Positions 47,562 to 54,968 of a DNA stretch of 64,000 bases are shown piece after piece. Each line of letters starts with the position of its first letter. Positions within the stretch are counted from its first letter, which is position 1. The stretch lies in contig OZ245046.1 of NCBI GenBank assembly GCA_965224245.1, positions 1,728,001-1,792,000 on the forward strand, given 5' to 3'. The notes beneath the pieces are model-generated. The model did no database searches and had not been told where the DNA came from. It worked only from the letters and a program-made list of their open reading frames with translations. The translations under genes were made by a program, and so were the position numbers. This stretch comes from Candidatus Eiseniibacteriota bacterium (GTDB taxonomy: Bacteria > Eisenbacteria > RBG-16-71-46 > CAZAMP01).

Positions 47562-49634
47562 TCACCCTCGCACGCGCACGACCTCCACGGCCCCGAACTG
47601 CACCAGCCGCTCCACGATCCCGCGCACCGCTGCCGCATCGACACCCTCGGGGACTCGCCGCGCGATCTCATCGATCGTCAACGCCGGCTCCGTCTCGAAC
47701 AGCGTGAACACGTCCGCCACCACCGGCGGAACGCCGACCCGTCGGCCGCTCGCGATGTGACAGAGCGAGCTCGCCTCCGCCGCCGGCGTGGACCCGTTCC
47801 GGCGGAGCAAGAGCACCTCGCCGGTCGATCGAAGCGCATCTCCGTTGCCGTTCCACCCGGACTCGCGCTCGGCGTGTCGCCGGAGGCTTCCCTTCCAGAG
47901 TCGGAGGAACTCTTCGCGCCCATGACTGAGGAAGTACATGAGCGACTCCTCCTGCGCGAACACCTCGGGGTGGGTCACCTTCCGGATCCCGGCGTTCACC
48001 TCGGCCCAGGAGGACTTGCGTCGCGACCCGTCCGGATCGTCGGCGGTGATCGGCTGGTACGAGATCGACAGCGTCCGACCGTCGTCGCCCATCTTCCCGG
48101 TCATGCCGAACCGATCCGGGTCCTCGAACATCTCCGAGCCCTTGACCAGGTGGAACTCGTGCGCGTTGGCCGTGAACCCCGGGCGATCGGTGACGAGCTC
48201 GGTCGTCACTCGGAGCGTATCCAGCGCCTGCTCGTGCGTCTCCCCGGGAAAGCCGACCATCAGCGAGAGGTGCGCCGAGAGACCAGTCGCCGTGACGCTG
48301 TCGAGCACGTCGCGTACCACGTCGAGGTCCACGCCCTTCGCCATGCGTTCGAGCACCTCGCGGTTGCCGGACTCGAGACCGTAGAAGATGCCGTACGCGC
48401 CGGACGCCGCCAGCGCCTCGCAGCTCTCGCGCGTGAACCCGCCGTCGAGGCGCGCCATGAAGTACCAGGCACACTCGAGCCCGCGCTCGCGGATCTCGTT
48501 GGCGAGCCGCGTCGCGCGGGCGCTGGAGACCGCCTCGTCGACGAGCATCATGGCCTTGACGTCGTGCTTCCGGGCCACGGCCTCCAGGTTGTCGACGGCC
48601 ATCTGGAGCGGCATCTGGCGGTACCGGCCATCGGGGCTTCGCACGTAGCTGCAGAACGTGCACTTGTTCCAGTAGCAGCCCCGGCTCGCCTCCAGCGGGA
48701 AGATCACCTCGCCGTTGAGATAGTCGTCGAGGTTGAGCCCGTCGAAGTCGGGCGGCGGCAGCTCGGCGAGGCGCATGCTCGCGACGTTGTCCGAGATGAC
48801 GACGTGCCCGTCATCGCCCCGCCACACGAGGTTCTCTCCCCCACGCGGGTCGGTACCCGCCTCTAGGGCGCGTATCAGGTTCGTGAGCGCGACCTCGCCG
48901 TCGTGCATGACGATGTAGTCGATCACGTCGAACAGCGGCGGCATGCGCTCGGGGTTCGAGCACAGCTGCGTGACCACGTGTCCACCCACGACGACGGGTA
49001 GATCCGGTCGGCGCCGCTTCAGTGCCGCCGCGAGAAACACCGCGAAGAAGAGCTGCTGGCGGAACGGCACCGTGATGCCCACGAGATCGGGCGCCTCCCG
49101 CTCGAGCCAGGGCACGACCGTCTCCTCCTCGAACCGGCTCAGCACGGGGTGCGGGTTGCGGACGGCCTCGTCAACCATCTCCCCCGCCGACAGCCAGGAC
49201 CAGCGGTCGAACGGGAGCTCGCGCGCGATCAACGTCTCCGCCACGTGGAGGACGCTCCGGTGGATGGCGTGCCCGGCGCGGCCGGTGACCGGATCGAAGC
49301 GGTACGTGTCCAGCCGCTTCAGCGCGGCGCGGCTCTCGTCGAGCCGGCCCTCGAGCGCGCCGAGCAGCAGTGCCAGATCATCGAGCGCATGCGCGCGCTT
49401 CGCATCCTGTCCGTTCGTGCCCGCGCCGTTGCGAAGGCGTGTGACGCGCGCTTCCACGTCCCGTCGGGTTCTCGTGAGTGACGCCGACGAGAAGAGCCAG
49501 TCGTTGAAGATCGTGTTGAGGTCGGTCTGGGTGACGTCTTTGCCGTCCCGGCGCAGGTACGCGGTCAGGGCGGGCAGCGCGAGATGCGGGGCGACGGTGC
49601 CGGCCAGAGGTGGGTAGACGAGCGCGGTCTTCAC
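47562..49634 (-). CDS. B12-binding radical SAM enzyme with C-terminal PqqD/RRE-like domain
   Basis: GTG start after GGGAG; KTALVYPP..P.LALP.L.AYLR; PDLVGIT..VVVGG (cobalamin-binding); SRGCYWNKCTFC; GLESG..VL..M.KG; tail ..LTIDEIARR..VRGIVERLVQFGAVE (winged helix). Confidence 0.88.
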   Translation of the reverse strand: MKTALVYPPLAGTVAPHLALPALTAYLRRDGKDVTQTDLNTIFNDWLFSSASLTRTRRDVEARVTRLRNGAGTNGQDAKRAHALDDLALLLGALEGRLDESRAALKRLDTYRFDPVTGRAGHAIHRSVLHVAETLIARELPFDRWSWLSAGEMVDEAVRNPHPVLSRFEEETVVPWLEREAPDLVGITVPFRQQLFFAVFLAAALKRRRPDLPVVVGGHVVTQLCSNPERMPPLFDVIDYIVMHDGEVALTNLIRALEAGTDPRGGENLVWRGDDGHVVISDNVASMRLAELPPPDFDGLNLDDYLNGEVIFPLEASRGCYWNKCTFCSYVRSPDGRYRQMPLQMAVDNLEAVARKHDVKAMMLVDEAVSSARATRLANEIRERGLECAWYFMARLDGGFTRESCEALAASGAYGIFYGLESGNREVLERMAKGVDLDVVRDVLDSVTATGLSAHLSLMVGFPGETHEQALDTLRVTTELVTDRPGFTANAHEFHLVKGSEMFEDPDRFGMTGKMGDDGRTLSISYQPITADDPDGSRRKSSWAEVNAGIRKVTHPEVFAQEESLMYFLSHGREEFLRLWKGSLRRHAERESGWNGNGDALRSTGEVLLLRRNGSTPAAEASSLCHIASGRRVGVPPVVADVFTLFETEPALTIDEIARRVPEGVDAAAVRGIVERLVQFGAVEVVRVRG

Positions 49635-49737
49635 GGGACTCCCGGGTTGCAGGCGTGATCGACCCGACCATTCTCGCATGTCGGTCCCCGTCGTGACAAC
49701 GAGCGGCGCCATCGTGCAAACGACAGGGCGATGCGTG

Positions 49738-49905
49738 ATGTCTTTCCTGGGATCCAACGCCGACCAGGACATCGACTCGTTCGACCCCGTTCCCGACTAC
49801 GACATCGACGAGACGTGCATCGATCTCGGCGCGGCGCCGTGGCCAGCGTTTTGCTGGAATGCCTGCGCGACCCCGCGAACTGGCACACGCCGGCGTGCGT
49901 CGTGA
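49738..49905 (+). CDS. Small acidic/Cys-Trp peptide ORF (possible RiPP precursor; may be non-coding)
   Basis: MSFLGSNADQDIDSFDPVPDYDIDETCIDLGAAPWPAFCWNACATPRTGTRRRAS; weak RBS; divergent from the radical SAM gene. Confidence 0.25.
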   Translation: MSFLGSNADQDIDSFDPVPDYDIDETCIDLGAAPWPAFCWNACATPRTGTRRRAS

Positions 49906-50049
49906 TGCTTCACGGAGCGACGTGCCCGTCACTCATCGCCTGGGCTGAACATTCGGACTTGCAGCGAGGTCCGTTGCGGCGAGATCGAACGTGCACCCGG
50001 GTACACTCTCGCCCATGAGAACCTCCACGTCGGCGGTCCACCACCGGAG

Positions 50050-50330
50050 CGCCAGCGGTAGACGGCCTTCACCTGCCCCCACGTCGACGTCTCCACCCGG
50101 CTGGATCAATCCATTCCTTCCATGTGGATGTCGTCGTTCACGATCGACGCCGCGGTCGTGCCCCGAGGGCGATCGACAGGACCACGGCGTCGGTGGCGGG
50201 GGGCCGCCGTCGAAGCGCTCGAACTCGAGGTGCGGGTCGGTCATCAGCCCGACGGCCGAACGCACGAGGATCGAGCCGCCGGTCCCACCCTGCGTGATGA
50301 GCCGGACCGTTCGACGACCTCCGTCACGCC
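50050..50330 (-). pseudogene. C-terminal remnant of a secreted protein ending in VETSTWGQVKAVYR
   Basis: Minus-strand ..DDIHMEGMD*SSRVETSTWGQVKAVYR (motif 50055-50096) with an in-frame stop at 50106-50108. Confidence 0.55.
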
Positions 50331-50391
50331 GGGCTCACCGTCCACGTTCGGGCACGCCGAAGACCGGTCGTCGGACGGCGGTGTACGTGCC

Positions 50392-50423
50392 TGTATCCCC
50401 TGGCACGCATCTTCCGTCCAAGT
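50392..50423 (+). promoter_or_regulatory. Putative ECF promoter TGTATC-N17-CGTC (copy 1)
   Basis: Same -35/-10 and spacing as copy 2 at 51403; upstream of the CMD-ECF operon. Confidence 0.75.
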
Positions 50424-50464
50424 GAGCGCAGACGGGATCGAAACCGAACCGAGAGGAGAGTCAC

Positions 50465-50794
50465 ATGTCTCACCTGACGCTGAAGCAGCGCGAGCTCGCG
50501 GCCATCGGCGCTTCGCTCGCCAGCAACTGCATCCCCTGCATCAAGTATCACGTGCAGAAGGGTCGGGAGGCCGGCCTCACCGACGAGGAGATCGCCGAGG
50601 CCGTCGAGATCGCCGACACGGTTCGCCAGGTGCCCGCTCGGAACGTGCAGAAGGCCGCGAGCGCCGCCCTCCGTCACCGCGGTCCTCGAACCACGGTCGA
50701 CGAGGAGAAACCGGGTTGTGGAGACGCCGCCGACGTCTCAGAATCGTCGAGGGCGGTGGAGTCTCCCTGCTGCGGCCCGGAGAGCGATCCATGA
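50465..50794 (+). CDS. Carboxymuconolactone decarboxylase/AhpD-like protein with Cys-rich tail
   Basis: ELAAIGASLASNCIPCIKYH...AGLTDEEIAEA; tail PGCG..SPCCG; GAGGAG RBS. Confidence 0.9.
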   Translation: MSHLTLKQRELAAIGASLASNCIPCIKYHVQKGREAGLTDEEIAEAVEIADTVRQVPARNVQKAASAALRHRGPRTTVDEEKPGCGDAADVSESSRAVESPCCGPESDP

Positions 50795-51372
50795 ACGAGA
50801 GCGTGTCTCGAGACGTATCATTCGAGGACGTCATCGAGGATCTGGGCCCCGCCATTCGCTCGTACCTCGAGCGGATGGTGGGCGATCCCGTCCTGGCCGA
50901 CGATCTCTTCCAGGAGACGTCGATCAAGATCGCCGGCGGACTTCCGGGCTTCGAGGGACGCTCGACGATGAAGACGTGGGCGTTCCGGATCGCGCACCGC
51001 GTCTGCCTCGATCATTTTCGCAAGAGCAGCAGCAAGCAGGCCTTTCTCGAGTTCCAGGACGAGGAGCACCTTGCCTCCGAGCTCGAGCCGGACGAGGCGA
51101 TCGTCATCGACGAGATGAACGCGTGCATCCGGGACGTCATCGACTCGCTGCCCCCCGACTACCGGACCGCCATCGTGCTCCACGACCTCGAGGGACTGAC
51201 GGCCGCGGACGTCGCACGCGTCGGCGATTGCTCGCTCGCCACGGCCAAGATCCGCATCCACCGGGCCCGGAAGCGCCTTCGCGCCGCCCTCGAGGATCAG
51301 TGCCGCTTCTACCACGATCGAGACCAGGTCCTCCGGTGCGATCGCAAATCCTCGGACGACTCGAGCTCCTGA
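50791..51372 (+). CDS. ECF sigma factor with Cys-containing C-terminal extension (SigZ-like), no anti-sigma gene
   Basis: ATGA overlap; LADDLFQET, FEGRST.KTW.FRIA, MNACIR..IDSLP, KIRIHRARKRLR; tail QCRFYHDRDQVLRCDRK. Confidence 0.9.
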   Translation: MNESVSRDVSFEDVIEDLGPAIRSYLERMVGDPVLADDLFQETSIKIAGGLPGFEGRSTMKTWAFRIAHRVCLDHFRKSSSKQAFLEFQDEEHLASELEPDEAIVIDEMNACIRDVIDSLPPDYRTAIVLHDLEGLTAADVARVGDCSLATAKIRIHRARKRLRAALEDQCRFYHDRDQVLRCDRKSSDDSSS

Positions 51373-51402
51373 CACCGGCCCCCTGCCCGAGCACGTCGCC
51401 GG

Positions 51403-51434
51403 TGTATCTCTCCCGCTCCTGACTCCGTCCGAGT
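51403..51434 (+). promoter_or_regulatory. Putative ECF promoter TGTATC-N17-CGTC (copy 2)
   Basis: TGTATC 51403-51408, CGTC 51426-51429; extended TCCGTCC(A/G)AGT shared with copy 1. Confidence 0.75.
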
Positions 51435-51453
51435 AGGTGCAAGGAGGTGAATC

Positions 51454-51804
51454 ATGAGACGGATGTGCTCGATGCCCTGCCCCTCATTCGGATCAGGGCA
51501 CTACGACGAAACCGCGGCGAGAATCGATGCCGCCGGCTGGGGTCTCTTCTTCCTCTGGGTCGGCATCGCGCTTTTGCTCGACGTGGGCTGGGGACTCGGT
51601 CTCCTCGGGGTCGGCGTCCTGACGCTCGTCATGCAGGGGGTGCGTCGCGGCTTCGGCCTGAGGTCCGAGGCCCTCTGGCTCCTCGTGGGCGGCGCCATCA
51701 CGCTGGTCGCCGTCTGGGAGCTCGCTGCAGTCGACGTCGCACTGGGACCGATCATCCTCATCGCGTTCGGGCTGGTGGCCCTCCTGTGGACGCTCCGGAG
51801 GTGA
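51454..51804 (+). CDS. Small hypothetical membrane protein (about 4 TM)
   Basis: AAGGAGG RBS; AAGWGLFFLWVGIALL and further hydrophobic segments. Confidence 0.75.
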   Translation: MRRMCSMPCPSFGSGHYDETAARIDAAGWGLFFLWVGIALLLDVGWGLGLLGVGVLTLVMQGVRRGFGLRSEALWLLVGGAITLVAVWELAAVDVALGPIILIAFGLVALLWTLRR

Positions 51805-51807
51805 GAC

Positions 51808-52350
51808 ATGCCGTTCTATCTGGAAGAGACGGACATTCTCTCTCGCGTGAAGGGGCTGCGCTCGGTGCTGATCGTGCCGTGCCGTTTCTGCCCGGCCGCG
51901 AGCCTCGCCGTGAAGGAGGGAAAGCCCTACCTCGAGCCGTTCCGGCGGTTCCTGAGGACGGAGGCCTACGAGTCGTTCATCCGCGCTCTCCGGCATGAAC
52001 TCGAGGCACGGGGCATCCGGACGGCTGTCTTCGACAGCAAGCTGCCGCACCACTTCGTCACGTGCATGTGGACGTCCGGACGGCGCCGGCAGCTCGCGGA
52101 ACGGGCGGCGGCATTCGAGGGCGTGGTGGTCCTCGGATGCGAGGCCACCGCGGAGACGGTCCGCCTGGCGATCGGGTCCGCGGACTGCCAGGTGATCTCC
52201 GGCATGGAGATCCTCAGTGGAATCATGAACGTCCGCCCCGTCGTGCGCCTTCCCTTCACCATCTCGCTCGAGCTCCAGGGGGTCACGCCAGTGACGACGA
52301 CGGGCTCGGGGACCACGGTCGGTCCGCCCGGATTCCGGGCTGGGGATTGA
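51808..52350 (+). CDS. Hypothetical Cys-motif protein (MetV/MTHFR small-subunit-like fold possible)
   Basis: GGAGG RBS; VLIVPCRFCPAASLA, CMW, VVVLGCE. Confidence 0.65.
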   Translation: MPFYLEETDILSRVKGLRSVLIVPCRFCPAASLAVKEGKPYLEPFRRFLRTEAYESFIRALRHELEARGIRTAVFDSKLPHHFVTCMWTSGRRRQLAERAAAFEGVVVLGCEATAETVRLAIGSADCQVISGMEILSGIMNVRPVVRLPFTISLELQGVTPVTTTGSGTTVGPPGFRAGD

Positions 52351-52493
52351 TCGACGGCCGACCACCCCCTTTCACCGCCGGGGGCTCGGACCGGCGAGTC
52401 CGGGTCTTCGCCGGTGGTCCGACCGGCCCGGAACGGCTACAGTCTTCCCGGTCTCCGAACCTCGATCCGGTTCCAGTGGAAGGACGATCCTCC

Positions 52494-54836
52494 GTGCTCG
52501 GCAAGGCCCTCGCGCACTACGACATCCAGGAGAAGCTCGGCGCCGGCGGCATGGGCGAGGTCTACCGCGCCCGCGACCGGCGCCTCTCCCGGGACGTGGC
52601 GCTCAAGGTCCTCCCTCCCGACGTCGCATCGGAGCCGGGTCGTCTCGCCCGGCTCGAGCGAGAGGCGAAGGCCCTGGCCGCGCTCAATCATCCCCACATC
52701 GTCACGATCTACTCGATCGAGGAGTCGGACGGCGTCCGGTTCCTCACGATGGAGCTCGTCGACGGACGCACGCTCGATCGTGTCGTCAGCCGTGACGGCT
52801 TGCCGCTCGCCGAGGCGCTCGACCTCGCGATCTCGCTCACCGAGGCGCTCGCCGCCGCCCACGACAAGGGCATCACGCACCGCGACCTGAAGCCGGCCAA
52901 CGTCATGGTGACGCCCGAGGGACGACTGAAGGTGCTCGACTTCGGGCTGGCGAAGCCGACGACGGCGGGCGATGCCCTGCCCGCCGGCTCCGAGTTCGAC
53001 GCGACGATCGAGATGAGCTCGCCCTCCCCCATCTCATCGGAGGGTGCCGTCATGGGGACGGTCCCCTACATGGCGCCCGAGCAGCTGCGCGGCGACGTCG
53101 TCGACGCGCGCGCGGACCTCTTCGCCTTCGGGATCATGCTCTACGAGATCCTCACCGGCCATCGCCCCTTCAGGGGCAAGACGAGCGCGGACGTGAGCTC
53201 GGCGATCCTCAGGGACACGCCGCCACCCATCCAGACGGCGCGCCCCGATCTGACGCCGGACATCGAGCGCATCGTGTCCCGGTGTCTCGAGAAGGACCGG
53301 GAGCGACGGTTCCAGACCGCCAAGGACGTCCGGAACGAGCTCGAGCTCGCTCGACGCGGTCCGGGGTCGGGCAGTTCATCGGTGCCCGGAGGGGGGCCGT
53401 CGACCACGCGCGCGGTCGATCCCCCCACGACCGACGAGACCCCGTCGATCGCGGTGCTGCCGTTCGCGAACCGGAGCCGCGACGCCGACGACGAGTACTT
53501 CGCGGACGGCCTCGCCGACGAGCTCCTGAGCGTCCTGGCCAAGATCCGCGGCCTCCGCGTGGCGGCCCGCACGTCGTCCGCGTCGTTCAAGGGAAAGGAC
53601 GTGACCATCGCCGAGGTGGGCTCGGCGTTGAACGTGGCCACGGTACTCGAAGGAAGCGTCCGAAAGGCCGGCAAACGCGTCCGCATCGCGGTGCAGCTGG
53701 TCCGCGTGGGCGACGGCGCCGCCATGTGGTCGGAGACGTACGACCGGACCCTCGACGACATCTTCGTCGTGCAGGACGACATCGCCCAGTCCGTGGTCAA
53801 GGAGCTTCGCACGACGTTGCTGGGTCGCGACGCCGACTCCCGCGAGAGCGGCGAGGCCAAGGCGGACGTGGAGCTGGCGGCGAGGGGTCGTGGTGAGAAC
53901 GCCGAGGCCCACCGCCTCTACCTCCTGGGCCAGCACTGTCAGAACCAGGAGACCCGGGAGGGCCTCGCGCACGCCGTGGAGCACCTCGGGCGCGCGGTGG
54001 AGCTCGACCCCACACACGCGCTGGCCTGGAGCGCGCTCGCGATCGCCCGCGCGCTTCGAGCCGGGTGGGGCTGGGTCGACGTGTCGGAGGGATACGAGCA
54101 GGCGCGGGACGCGGTCCACCGGGCGCTCGCGCTCACGCCCGATCTGGCCGAGGCGCACCTCGCGCACTGCCTCATCCAGGAGCACCACGACTGGGACTGG
54201 GCGGGCGCGGACGCGTCCGCCCGGAGGGCGCTCGAGCTGGCGCCCGGAAGCGAGAGGGCACTCACCATGGCCACTCACAATGCGAATCTCCGCGGCCGGC
54301 ATGAGGAAGCGGAGTCGTTCGCTCGCCGTGCCCTCGAGAAGGATCCGCTGAGCTCGCGCGCGCACATGGGGCTGGGTCAGGTCCTTCGTCTCCAGGGACG
54401 CCACGAGGAGGCGATCGCCAGCATTCGCCGCGTGCTCGAGCTCGCCCCGGGGCGCGTCGTCGCTCACCTCTACATCTCGCTGATGCTCTCGGAGCTCGCC
54501 CGCTACGACGAGGCGCTCGCCGAGGCACAGCTCGAGCCGTACGAGTGGGCAAAGCTCTACGGCCTCGCGGTCATCCATCACCAGGCAGGGCACGAGGCGG
54601 AATCCGCCGAGGCGCTCGCCGAGCTGACGTCCAGGTACCCCACCGACGCCGCATTCCAGATCGCGACCGCTCACGCGGGACGTGACGAGCGCGACGAGGC
54701 GTTCGCGTGGCTGGACCGCTCGTTCGAGCGCAGGGATCCCGGGCTGCCGCAGGCGTACACGGAGCCGCTTCTCCGGAGGCTCCAGGGGGATCCCCGGTGG
54801 GATGCGTTCATGCGGCGGATGGGGTTCGTCGACTGA
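52494..54836 (+). CDS. Cytoplasmic Ser/Thr kinase + TolB-N-like domain + TPR repeats
   Basis: GTG after AAGGAC; kinase motifs; SIAVLPFAN..EYFADGL..V.ARTS..LEGSVRKAG; TPR; ends DPRW..F.RRMG. Confidence 0.92.
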   Translation: MLGKALAHYDIQEKLGAGGMGEVYRARDRRLSRDVALKVLPPDVASEPGRLARLEREAKALAALNHPHIVTIYSIEESDGVRFLTMELVDGRTLDRVVSRDGLPLAEALDLAISLTEALAAAHDKGITHRDLKPANVMVTPEGRLKVLDFGLAKPTTAGDALPAGSEFDATIEMSSPSPISSEGAVMGTVPYMAPEQLRGDVVDARADLFAFGIMLYEILTGHRPFRGKTSADVSSAILRDTPPPIQTARPDLTPDIERIVSRCLEKDRERRFQTAKDVRNELELARRGPGSGSSSVPGGGPSTTRAVDPPTTDETPSIAVLPFANRSRDADDEYFADGLADELLSVLAKIRGLRVAARTSSASFKGKDVTIAEVGSALNVATVLEGSVRKAGKRVRIAVQLVRVGDGAAMWSETYDRTLDDIFVVQDDIAQSVVKELRTTLLGRDADSRESGEAKADVELAARGRGENAEAHRLYLLGQHCQNQETREGLAHAVEHLGRAVELDPTHALAWSALAIARALRAGWGWVDVSEGYEQARDAVHRALALTPDLAEAHLAHCLIQEHHDWDWAGADASARRALELAPGSERALTMATHNANLRGRHEEAESFARRALEKDPLSSRAHMGLGQVLRLQGRHEEAIASIRRVLELAPGRVVAHLYISLMLSELARYDEALAEAQLEPYEWAKLYGLAVIHHQAGHEAESAEALAELTSRYPTDAAFQIATAHAGRDERDEAFAWLDRSFERRDPGLPQAYTEPLLRRLQGDPRWDAFMRRMGFVD

Positions 54837-54968
54837 CAGCCCTACGTCGAGTCGTCGATCTCCGCTTCGGGGCGAGTGGTGCCCCTCACCGGTGGTCCGG
54901 CCGGTCGTGAACCGCTACATTCCCGCTGTCCCGGATGCCGTGCCTGTCCCCGGGGAAGGACGTCCCAC

